From Isosphaeraceae bacterium (GTDB lineage Bacteria > Planctomycetota > Planctomycetia > Isosphaerales > Isosphaeraceae), in assembly GCA_965201075.1 (NCBI GenBank), contig CBDAVP010000022.1, forward strand, positions 4,567 through 68,566: 64,000 bases of DNA, read 5' to 3'. The notes below the pieces were generated by a model. That model made no database searches, was not told the origin of the DNA, and was given only the letters and a program-made list of their open reading frames with translations. The translations under genes were made by a program, and so were the position numbers. Every line of letters begins with the position of its first letter. The first letter of the stretch is position 1. Positions 35,673 to 43,941 of the stretch are shown one piece after another.

Positions 35673-36341
35673 ATGTCGACGCAGGAGCCGCCAACGCCGA
35701 TCCGTTTCCGCTGCTCTCAATGCAACAAGGCTCTGAAGGTGGCTCCGGCCAAGGCTGGCCGCGTCATCGCCTGCCCGGCCTGCTCGGCGGAGTTGATCGT
35801 CCCGGACGCGCCGGTGGATGCGGCCTCGAACCCGGTCGCGGCCGGCCCCCCCGACGAGGCGACGGGCGGATCACCGCTGGGGTTCCTGAACCTGAGGCTG
35901 GATGAAACCTCGGCACCCGCGGCGGCAGCCGCACCCATCACGGCCGCGGCCCCGGCCCTGGCCCTGGCCCCGGCCCCGGCCCTGGCTGATTCGGAGTCGC
36001 CGCTGGATTTTCTGAGGGTGGGTGCGACGGTTCCGGCCTCCGCCGCTCCCGCCGGGACAGTTTCGCCGACCCCGTCCGCCGCACCGTTGATCCTCCCGCC
36101 GGTGGGCGTGGAGGTCGCGCCGTCCGGCCCGATCTTCCCGGGCATTCACACGGAGCCCGAACCCTCCCGGCCTGTGTCGGCGGCCACGGCGCCGCTGACG
36201 GTGGCTGATCGGGCCGGCCGCCGCAACGACGTGGTTTTGTCGCGGTCGGTGGTCATGCTCTGGTCCTTCCTGGTGCTGTTGGCCGTGGTCTTCGCGTTCA
36301 GCACGGGGTTGCTGGCGGGCCACTTCTTGTGGCGGGCCTGA
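35673..36341 (+). CDS. Zinc-ribbon protein with an Ala/Pro-rich linker and a C-terminal TM anchor
   Basis: MSTQEPPTPIRFRCSQCNKALKV...ACPACSAELIV contains a CxxC...CxxC pattern. The C-terminal hydrophobic helix is VVMLWSFLVLLAVVFAFSTGLLAG. Confidence 0.6.
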   Translation: MSTQEPPTPIRFRCSQCNKALKVAPAKAGRVIACPACSAELIVPDAPVDAASNPVAAGPPDEATGGSPLGFLNLRLDETSAPAAAAAPITAAAPALALAPAPALADSESPLDFLRVGATVPASAAPAGTVSPTPSAAPLILPPVGVEVAPSGPIFPGIHTEPEPSRPVSAATAPLTVADRAGRRNDVVLSRSVVMLWSFLVLLAVVFAFSTGLLAGHFLWRA

Positions 36342-36361
36342 TTCTGATTCCCGAGTGCGGT

Positions 36362-37711
36362 TCATTTGCCGATGCAGAAGCGGCGGAAGATGCGGTCGAG
36401 GATGTCGTCGGTGACGACCGCTCCGACCACCCGGCCGAGCGATTCGACGGCGTCGCGGAGGTCGACGGCCACGAACTCATCGCCCAGGCCGATCGCGACG
36501 GCCGAGGAGGCCTGACGCAGCGAGCCGCCGGCGCGGGACAGGGCGTCGCGGCAACGCGGGCCGGAGCCGGTCGCCGGGTCCGTCTCTAGGCCTGGCCCCT
36601 GGTCGCGGAGGGTCTGGGCGATCGCCTGGCGTAACTCCTTCAACCCCTGACCCGTCAAGGCGCTGGTGGCCACGGAAGCGAGGGATGGGGCGGCGGGCTC
36701 GACTCGGTCGATCTGGGTCCAGACGGCCAATCGTGGAGGATTTCCGGGCGTGGGAACGGTTTCCAGAGGGAAATTGGCGGCACACTGGCAGTCGAGGACG
36801 AGGTCGGCGGTGAGGGCTTGCTCGATGCGTAGATCTTGCGCCCGGGTTTCGATGGGACGAAGGCCGTCCTCGATGCCGGCGGTGTCGATGAGTTGCACGG
36901 TCAGGCCGTCGCAGTCGAGCGGTTCGCCCAGGTAGTCGCGGGTCGTGCCGGCCTGGGGAGAGACGATCGCGCGGTCGCGGCCGAGGAGGGCGTTGAAGAG
37001 ACGGCTTTTGCCCACGTTGGGGGGGCCAGCCAGGACGACGCGAGGGGTGGCGTCGGGTCGGTCTCGGCCGCGGAACTGGTTGGCCAGGGCGTCCATGTCG
37101 GAGGCGGCCTGGGCGAGCTCGTTGGCCAGGGCCGAGCGGGCGAGGGGGTCGACGTCGGGCTCGTCGACGAAATCGAGGCCGGCTTCGAGGTGGGCCAGGA
37201 CGTCGAGGAGCCGGTCTCGTAGGCGGGTGATTGGGCCGGCCAGTCCTCCGGCGAGCTGCCGCAGCGAGGCGTCGAGCTGCTCGGGAGTGCGAGCGGCGAT
37301 GACCCCGAGGACGGCCTCGGCCCGGGTCAGGTCGAGCCGGCCTGAGAGGAAGGCCCTCAGGGTGAATTCTCCAGGTTCGGCCGCCCGGGCGCCCAGGGCG
37401 AGCACCCGAGCCATCAGTAGTTGGAGCAGCGGCGGTGAACCGATGGTGTGAATCTCGACGAGGTCCTGGCCGGTGTAGGTCGCCGGGGCCGATGCGAATG
37501 CGAGGGTCGCCGGCAGGCCGGGGCGGAGGCCGATCCCTTGGAGTTGACCGCGTTTCCAGCTGGCGACTCGCGGAGGTGGTTCCGTCCCAGGCGTTGAGAA
37601 GACTTGCGCCGCGATCGAATGGGCGGAGGGGCCCGAGATCCGGAGGATTCCCCTCGCGGCGGGGCCCGGCGGACTGGCGATGGCAGCGATGGTGTCGTGG
37701 GGATCGAGCAT
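36362..37711 (-). CDS. mnmE: tRNA modification GTPase MnmE
   Basis: It has the N-terminal DTIAAIASPPG, the G-domain motifs GPPNVGKSRLFNAL and DTAG, and the C-terminal FCIGK. The start is at the internal ATG (MLDPHDT). Confidence 0.95.
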   Translation of the reverse strand: MLDPHDTIAAIASPPGPAARGILRISGPSAHSIAAQVFSTPGTEPPPRVASWKRGQLQGIGLRPGLPATLAFASAPATYTGQDLVEIHTIGSPPLLQLLMARVLALGARAAEPGEFTLRAFLSGRLDLTRAEAVLGVIAARTPEQLDASLRQLAGGLAGPITRLRDRLLDVLAHLEAGLDFVDEPDVDPLARSALANELAQAASDMDALANQFRGRDRPDATPRVVLAGPPNVGKSRLFNALLGRDRAIVSPQAGTTRDYLGEPLDCDGLTVQLIDTAGIEDGLRPIETRAQDLRIEQALTADLVLDCQCAANFPLETVPTPGNPPRLAVWTQIDRVEPAAPSLASVATSALTGQGLKELRQAIAQTLRDQGPGLETDPATGSGPRCRDALSRAGGSLRQASSAVAIGLGDEFVAVDLRDAVESLGRVVGAVVTDDILDRIFRRFCIGK

Positions 37712-37817
37712 TCGTGAACCTGATCGACGCTTGAGCGGCCCGCGCGTTTCGACCATAGTGGGGGTGGCCACGGGCCGGGGGGCCTGGGCCGTCCCACACC
37801 TCGACGGACAAGGATTG

Positions 37818-39329
37818 ATGATGCCACGCACAGGACGCCCGGCCCGGTTTCTCGGGATGGCCCTCGCCGCCCTCTTCGTGGCGGGCGTCGCCGCGCGGTC
37901 GACCCCGGCCGAGGAGGCGTGGGACGCCATCTACATCGCCGGCCACAAGGTGGGGTACCAGCATACCACGGTCAAGCCGCTGCCCCAGAAGTACAAGGAT
38001 CGCGACCTGCTCAACGTCCAGGTCAATCAGATCTTGACCCTGGAGCGGGGCAAGGACGTGCTGACGATGCAGATGCGCTATGGCACGATCGAGGGGACCG
38101 ACGGCGAGGTCTACCGGATCGACTTCCGCACCTCGGCCAGCCAGCAGGAACAGCGCAACTTCGGTGATATCGTCGATGGCAAGCTGCTCATGACGTATGA
38201 GGCCGGCGGCAAGACGACGGTCCAGCCGATTGAGTGGCCGGCCGAGGTCCGCGGCTTTTACGCGGTCGAGCAGAGCAACGCCCGTAACCCGATGAAACCG
38301 GGCGAGACCCGGACCCTGAAAAGCTTTTTGCCGGTGATCAACGAGATTTGCACGGTGGTCCTGGTCGCCGAACGTCAGGAGCCGGTCAAGCTGCCCGCGG
38401 GCAAGACGCTCTCGCTGTTGAAGGTTTACACGCGGATCACCGGGCCCGATGGCAAGCCCCGGACCGACTATGACCAGGACTACTGGTTTGACTCGGCCGG
38501 GCAGGTCATCAAGGTCTTCTCGCCACTGCTCGGCGGCATTGAGATTTATCGTACCACCAAGGAGGCGGCCCAGGCGGTGGGGGGTGCGCGGTTTGACCTG
38601 ATGGAAGCGACCTTGTTGAAGGTCAATCGCGAGATTCCCCGGCCGGAGCAGACCCGCGAGGCGACGTATCGCATCACCTCGCTGGTCAGTGGAGGCGAAG
38701 ATCCGTCCCAGACGTTCCCGGCCGACCGTCGCCAGGCGGTGCGCCGGGAGAGTCCCACGGTGGCCACGCTGACGGTTCGCACCGCTGGGCCGAAGGTCGG
38801 CGAAGAAGGGCCGGACTCGACGGACGCGAAGTATCTTCAGGCCAACCCGCTCATCAATAGCGATAACTCAAGGGTGGTCGACCACATGAAGGAGGCGGTG
38901 GGGAACACGACCGACGCCTGGGAACGGGCCGGCGGGATCGAGCATTGGGTGTTCTCGAACCTGAAGCAGAAGAACTTCACGGTTGGGTTCGCCACGGCGA
39001 GCGAGGTGGCTCAGAACCTGGAAGGGGATTGCACCGAGCATGCCGTTCTTGCCGCGGCGATGTGTCGGGCGGCGGGTATTCCGTCCCGGGTGGCCATTGG
39101 GCTGATTTACGCGAAGAGTCTGGGAGGGTTTGGCGGACATATGTGGACCGAGGTTTACGTCAACCGTCGGTGGGTGGCGATTGACGCGGCGTTTGATCAG
39201 AAGGACGTGGACGCGGTGCATTTGAAACTTTCCGACTCGAGCCTGGATGGCGTCAGCCCGTTCGACGCGCTGTTGCCGATTCTGGGGGTGAGCAAGCGGG
39301 TGAAGGTCGAGGCGCTGGAGGTGCGCTGA
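37818..39329 (+). CDS. Transglutaminase-like domain protein, secreted
   Basis: It has the signal peptide MMPRTGRPARFLGMALAALFVAGVAA and a Cys-His-Asp core (GDCTEHAVLAAAMCRAAGIP...GHMWTEVY...AIDAAF). Confidence 0.85.
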   Translation: MMPRTGRPARFLGMALAALFVAGVAARSTPAEEAWDAIYIAGHKVGYQHTTVKPLPQKYKDRDLLNVQVNQILTLERGKDVLTMQMRYGTIEGTDGEVYRIDFRTSASQQEQRNFGDIVDGKLLMTYEAGGKTTVQPIEWPAEVRGFYAVEQSNARNPMKPGETRTLKSFLPVINEICTVVLVAERQEPVKLPAGKTLSLLKVYTRITGPDGKPRTDYDQDYWFDSAGQVIKVFSPLLGGIEIYRTTKEAAQAVGGARFDLMEATLLKVNREIPRPEQTREATYRITSLVSGGEDPSQTFPADRRQAVRRESPTVATLTVRTAGPKVGEEGPDSTDAKYLQANPLINSDNSRVVDHMKEAVGNTTDAWERAGGIEHWVFSNLKQKNFTVGFATASEVAQNLEGDCTEHAVLAAAMCRAAGIPSRVAIGLIYAKSLGGFGGHMWTEVYVNRRWVAIDAAFDQKDVDAVHLKLSDSSLDGVSPFDALLPILGVSKRVKVEALEVR

Positions 39330-39361
39330 GGTGGGAATTGGGGGAGGGTCGATGGCCAGGG

Positions 39362-39455
39362 CCGTTTCCTTCTCCATTGACGGCGTGGGAGGGACATCGG
39401 GCGGCGAAAGGGGGACAGGTATTGGCCGAGTACCGCCGGAGCCAGTCCGCTTTAA
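39362..39455. repeat. Intergenic repeat locus B (single copy of the dispersed element)
   Basis: CCGTTTCCTTCTCCATTG is the reverse complement of the CCAATGGAGAAGGAAACGG end seen at 51.55 kb. GGCGTGGGAGGGACATCGGGCGGCGAAAGGGGGACAGGTATTGGCCGAGTACCGCCGGAGCCAGTCC matches the reverse complement of 34029-34100. Confidence 0.65.
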
Positions 39456-39599
39456 TCCACCCAAAGTGAGCACGATACGGCCCCGGCCGAGAGGTGGGCG
39501 ACTTGCCCGGGGCGGTTGCGGGGTCGTAGACTGAGATTGGCGATCCGCGGGACGTTCCGACCGGCCCGCCCGCGAGTCCCGTTTTGGGAGACCGCTCCG

Positions 39600-41084
39600 A
39601 TGAAACGCTCCGGGGTTTGGTCGTGGATCGCCTGCGTGGCTCTCGCGGCTTCAACGTTGGTCGCGGCCGAGCCTCCCGTGGCTTCGGCGACCGCGACCCC
39701 GACGGCCGCCGAGGTCACGCTGTTGAAGGCCCTGGCGGCGAACCCGGTGACGGCTCCCTACGCGATTGGGACCCAGTTACGGGGCGGGCGGGTTGTGCTG
39801 ATCGGCCGCGTGGGGACCAAGATGGCCCACGACGTCGCGGTTCGGACGGCGATCGCGCAGGGGATTCGGTTTGATGATTCGCTGGTCATCGACACGACGG
39901 CTCCGGTCCGGCTGGCCAACCCAGGGCCAGGGGCGGTGGCGGGGATTGGTCCGGGCGCTGGGGCTTCTCCGTATCCCGGGCCGATGGTTGGGCCATTCGG
40001 TGGATTCGGCCAGATGACGAACACCTTCCCGTATCCGGCCTCGACCTATGGGTTGGCGGCGGCGGGTCCAGGGCTGTTGTATCCGCCTTCGTTGTACGGG
40101 CGATACGACGACCCGTTCTGGGGCTTCGAGCCGCCGGTCGTCTCGTATCCTCCCTGGTGGGGCGCGATGTCGGCCCAACGGTTGGCCGGCGATCAGCCGG
40201 TGCGTGGAGGCGCCCCGCAAAACGGACCGGCCCAGGCTCCGGCGGGGGTTGTTGTTGGTGGTGGTGGTGATGGTCAGCCGGCCGCGGCGGGGAATGGGGC
40301 GACGGCGGATCTGGAACTTTCGCCCTCGGGGAAACCGGGTTCCGTCATCATGGATGTGGACCCGAGCGGCACCGCGACGATTTCCGGTGAGGTCCAGAGC
40401 GCCGCGGATCGCCAGGCCGTGGCTTTGAAGGTTTCGCAACTGGCCGGGATCACGCAGGTGGTCAACAACCTGGCCATTCGCGATCAGGACGCGGCGCCGG
40501 TGGCCCCGGCCCGCGCGGACGATACCCCGCCTCCTCTGCCGATGCCGCCGATTGATCCGCCAACCGCACCCGTGCCGGTTCGCAACGACCGGGCGATACC
40601 GGTCGACGCCCCGGCGGTCGCTGGGCTGGTCAGCCAGCCCGCCGGGCGACTTCCTCAGGCGTTGGCGAAACGTCCGGCCCTGGCGGGGTTACCAATCCAG
40701 GTATCGCTACGGGACGGGGTCGCCTACCTGACTGGCAAGGTTCCCTCGGCCTATGAGGCGATGCTGGCGTTCCGGGCCGCGCAGCGGGAGCCGGGGGTCC
40801 GCGAGGTCGATGATCGCCTCCAGTTTCCCGTGCCCGACGGCGAGCGTGCCAACCCTTTGGTCAAGAAGGGACGTCCGGAGGATCTGGAGCCTTACCTGGA
40901 GGCGCAGATCCGCCGGCAGGTAGGGGACCAGGCTCATCTGGATCGCGTTCGGGTTCAGGGGGATCGGCTGGAGATTCGCGGCACGATTGCCGAGGTGGGC
41001 GATCGCGCCCGGGTCGAGGCGGTTCTTCGGTCGATGCCGTTGTTGCGAGGGTTCCAGCTTGAACCCGAGTTCCAGGTCGACTGA
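39600..41084 (+). CDS. Secreted multi-BON-domain protein
   Basis: The signal peptide is MKRSGVWSWIACVALAASTLVAA. Four BON-like units are present (for example VVLIGRVGTKMAHDVAVRTA, ATISGEVQSAADRQAVALKV, VAYLTGKVPSAYEAMLAFRAA, LEIRGTIAEVGDRARVEAVL). Confidence 0.8.
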   Translation: MKRSGVWSWIACVALAASTLVAAEPPVASATATPTAAEVTLLKALAANPVTAPYAIGTQLRGGRVVLIGRVGTKMAHDVAVRTAIAQGIRFDDSLVIDTTAPVRLANPGPGAVAGIGPGAGASPYPGPMVGPFGGFGQMTNTFPYPASTYGLAAAGPGLLYPPSLYGRYDDPFWGFEPPVVSYPPWWGAMSAQRLAGDQPVRGGAPQNGPAQAPAGVVVGGGGDGQPAAAGNGATADLELSPSGKPGSVIMDVDPSGTATISGEVQSAADRQAVALKVSQLAGITQVVNNLAIRDQDAAPVAPARADDTPPPLPMPPIDPPTAPVPVRNDRAIPVDAPAVAGLVSQPAGRLPQALAKRPALAGLPIQVSLRDGVAYLTGKVPSAYEAMLAFRAAQREPGVREVDDRLQFPVPDGERANPLVKKGRPEDLEPYLEAQIRRQVGDQAHLDRVRVQGDRLEIRGTIAEVGDRARVEAVLRSMPLLRGFQLEPEFQVD

Positions 41085-41106
41085 CTCCCCAGTTCGGCGG
41101 CACTCA

Positions 41107-41538
41107 ATGCCCCATAACTTGCGTCGAAGGCTTGTTGTCGGGGCTTTCTCCCTGGCCATCGTTGCTGCCGCAACGACTCGCACATTTTTCGCTTTCGTTC
41201 CGCGCGGAGTGGCGTTACTCCCTTGGATAATGGCGTGTGTCGATGGACCTGAGTTGAGATCACCTGACGGGCAGCAGATTGCCAGGGTGTCTTTCAACGA
41301 CGCCGGTGCGGCGCATAGCGGCAACCATTGGACGTGGATCGTCGAAAACTCTTGGCTGATGGGAGGTCATGTCGTTGCCCAAGGTTATTTGAGTGCGGAC
41401 GCTCGACAGGGCAGATTTCCTGTCCCAGTGACTTGGGGGCCAGGGAATCACTTATCCGTTAGATCCCTCTTGAACCGCTACAACACACCCCTCGACGGGG
41501 CTTTGCGGCGGTCCCGACCGCTTCGGCGGGTTTCGTAG
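41107..41538 (+). CDS. Hypothetical protein with an N-terminal TM helix (orphan, atypical codon usage)
   Basis: The product starts MPHNLRRRLVVGAFSLAIVAAATT. It has visibly more A/T-ending codons than neighbouring genes. I recognise no family. Confidence 0.45.
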   Translation: MPHNLRRRLVVGAFSLAIVAAATTRTFFAFVPRGVALLPWIMACVDGPELRSPDGQQIARVSFNDAGAAHSGNHWTWIVENSWLMGGHVVAQGYLSADARQGRFPVPVTWGPGNHLSVRSLLNRYNTPLDGALRRSRPLRRVS

Positions 41539-41594
41539 CGGCGAGGAAACTCGGGCGATTGGGTTCGCTGGGCTGAGTCCTGAAAGGTAGGGCG

Positions 41595-42158
41595 ATGACC
41601 GAAGGTCCCCACTCGATTTATGAAATCCTGGACGAGTATCGGCTGCGACCGGCGATGTTCGTCGGGAATCTCTGCCGATCCAGCCCCTTCACAGCCTTGC
41701 AGGCGTTCCTGGGTGGCTTGAGGTTCGCCAGTATCGATCCCGGTGACCCGCCCTTCTGGGATTTCAGCCGCTGGATCACCGCTCGCGTGGCGGACATGTC
41801 CGAGAGTCTGCCTTGGGATTGGTTGGTCGAGCGCTGCGGCGAAGACCTGGCATACTCCGAGTTTTTCGGGTACCTGGCCGAGTATCGCCAATGCAAAGTT
41901 GCCAAGCTCGAAATCGCGGTGGGTGAAACGCCCTCGCCCTCCTACTTTCGGGTCGGCTCCCACGGCGAGCGGGTCACGCCATCGCTTCCTTCGTTGCTGT
42001 TCGTAGGCCGCTTCACGCCCTCGTTGGTCTATTTCCTCGGGGAAGAGTACGCCGATGTTACGGAGTGGAACTTCCCCTATCGTCGGTCTCGTGACGCGGT
42101 GATTGAGGAAGCGAGGCATCGATGGGGCATCTCAGCTTCGGCTTGGCGACTTGCCTAG
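41595..42158 (+). CDS. Hypothetical protein (orphan)
   Basis: The 187-aa product is globular-looking (IYEILDEYRLRPAMFVGN..., WDFSRWITARV...). Codon usage is less GC3-biased than in flanking housekeeping genes. Confidence 0.55.
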   Translation: MTEGPHSIYEILDEYRLRPAMFVGNLCRSSPFTALQAFLGGLRFASIDPGDPPFWDFSRWITARVADMSESLPWDWLVERCGEDLAYSEFFGYLAEYRQCKVAKLEIAVGETPSPSYFRVGSHGERVTPSLPSLLFVGRFTPSLVYFLGEEYADVTEWNFPYRRSRDAVIEEARHRWGISASAWRLA

Positions 42159-42252
42159 CCGTCCACAGCCGCGACTCGTTTCCACAATCCATTTTCGCTC
42201 GGGCGGTGCGGGACCCGACGAGCTCCGGCGAAGGGTGGCGGGAGGCCATCGG

Positions 42253-42777
42253 GTGGATGTCGCGACTTGGTCCATCTGCCGTGCTGAATTCACTTTCGAC
42301 GGCGCGTTCATCGACATACGGGTGCCCGGGACCGGCACCGCTGAATGGGAACAGTTCTGGACTCGGCTCAGAACGGGGCCATTTGCGCTCCACGCGTTCC
42401 GAGATGGTCAGCCCATCCCGCTTCCGGATTCGGCGGCCTGGGCCCTCGCCGAGTGTGCCGTGGCTTCGGTCTACGTCGCCGTGGCCTCCGGATCGGTCAC
42501 CGCCAACTGCCACTTCTTCGACGGCGACCTGGAACTCGTCATCGACCCACGCGAGGTCAACGGCGAGGTGGCCTATGGGTCGGTCCTGCGACTCATGCGG
42601 TTCGTCGCGGCAGCGGTTGGTCTCCCTGTCGTCGCCGTGCCGGAGGGAGGTCGCCCGGAGGAGGCGTTCCTGCGGGTGTCGCCGGGCGGTCAGGCGGAGT
42701 CTCTCACAACGCGGTCGGTCCCGCCCGGGTGTTCTTGCGATGGGGAGTTAGGGCGAATTCCGTCAGCCCCCCAGTAG
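42253..42777 (+). CDS. Hypothetical protein (orphan); start inferred
   Basis: GTG 42253 is preceded by GGAGG 7 nt upstream. The sequence is protein-like from VDVATWSICRAEFTFDGAFIDIRVPG. The 3' end overlaps the convergent opcA by 15 nt. Confidence 0.5.
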   Translation: MDVATWSICRAEFTFDGAFIDIRVPGTGTAEWEQFWTRLRTGPFALHAFRDGQPIPLPDSAAWALAECAVASVYVAVASGSVTANCHFFDGDLELVIDPREVNGEVAYGSVLRLMRFVAAAVGLPVVAVPEGGRPEEAFLRVSPGGQAESLTTRSVPPGCSCDGELGRIPSAPQ

Positions 42778-43902
42778 CCAGAGGGCGTGCGGCAGGGCGG
42801 CGTGGAATGGGGGGTCGTCGCGGTTGGCGTCCACTGCCGCGGCGATTCGTCGGGGGGTGTCGAGCTCGGCGGCGATGACCGCGTGGGAGAAGGCTCCGGG
42901 GCCTTTTCCCTCGAAGTGGACCTCGGGGTTTCCGGGCTTGGCCTGGCTGATTCGGTGATGGTCGGTGGAGTCGTCGTCCCGAGTTGAAATGGTGATTCCG
43001 CAGAGGGATGGGCAGGCTGCGGAAGATTCGATTTGGGTCGAGAGGCGGACGGTGATTTCCCCCCTGGGCCCCTCGAAAGTTGCTTCCACGGCGCCGGGTC
43101 GGGGGTTCACGCGTTGCAACGCGTTCCAACCGAGTTGGCCGGCGAGCCAGGCGGCCAGCCAGGCGGCCTCTCTTGGAGGTGAGTTCGTGTCGGGGGCGAG
43201 GGCGGTGATTTCCACCGAGGCGATGCGTCGGGCGGAGCCGTCGGCGGCGGGGGGGTCGAACAGGGCGGCGATCAGGCTCCTCCAGCGAGGTAGGCCGAAC
43301 CAGGCGAGGTCTCGGACGCAGGGATGGCGAGTGTTGTCGAGCGCCGCCCCGAGGGCCCTGGGGTCGACGTCGGGGCCGGGCGGGTCGAGCAGGATGCGGG
43401 TGGCGTCGGCGGCGAGGGCTCGGTAGAGCGGGTCGTCGGCCGAGGGGGCGTCGACCCACCAGAGGATCACCGGGAGGTCGGCTTCCAGCAAGGGGCGGAC
43501 GGCGCCGGGCAGGAGGTCGCGTCCTTGGGGACCGGTGGTCAGGGTGATTCGCTCGGAGCAGACTTGCGGCTGGCCGGGCGCGGGGAGGTGGCAGAGGGCG
43601 GCGACCTCGGCCTCGACCTGGCGGCCCGAACCGACTCCCGGCCGCAGGACGATCATCCGGCAGGGGTGGCGCGAGGAGAGTTCGTCGAGCGTCTCGGCGA
43701 TGCGTCGGCAAGGCCCCAGGCCGGGCGGGGCGACGACCACGAGGTTGGCCAGGACGACCCGGGTGACGGCCGGGTGGTCGAGTTCCGGGCCTCCGACCTG
43801 TTCGGCCGCTGGCCCCCAGAGTTGGGTCAGTTCGCCCTCGATCTCGGAGAGGGCCACCGGCACCCCCTGGCCCTGGAGGAACGCGTCGGCGGGGGCGGAC
43901 AT
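42763..43902 (-). CDS. opcA: Glucose-6-phosphate dehydrogenase assembly protein OpcA
   Basis: It lies immediately downstream of zwf on the same strand. Length and motifs are typical of OpcA (IEGELTQLW, VVLANLVV, LPVILWW). Confidence 0.8.
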   Translation of the reverse strand: MSAPADAFLQGQGVPVALSEIEGELTQLWGPAAEQVGGPELDHPAVTRVVLANLVVVAPPGLGPCRRIAETLDELSSRHPCRMIVLRPGVGSGRQVEAEVAALCHLPAPGQPQVCSERITLTTGPQGRDLLPGAVRPLLEADLPVILWWVDAPSADDPLYRALAADATRILLDPPGPDVDPRALGAALDNTRHPCVRDLAWFGLPRWRSLIAALFDPPAADGSARRIASVEITALAPDTNSPPREAAWLAAWLAGQLGWNALQRVNPRPGAVEATFEGPRGEITVRLSTQIESSAACPSLCGITISTRDDDSTDHHRISQAKPGNPEVHFEGKGPGAFSHAVIAAELDTPRRIAAAVDANRDDPPFHAALPHALWLLGG

Positions 43903-43941
43903 AAGGGTTGCCTCGTGGGCTGGTTCAGCGGGGGTCGTTCA

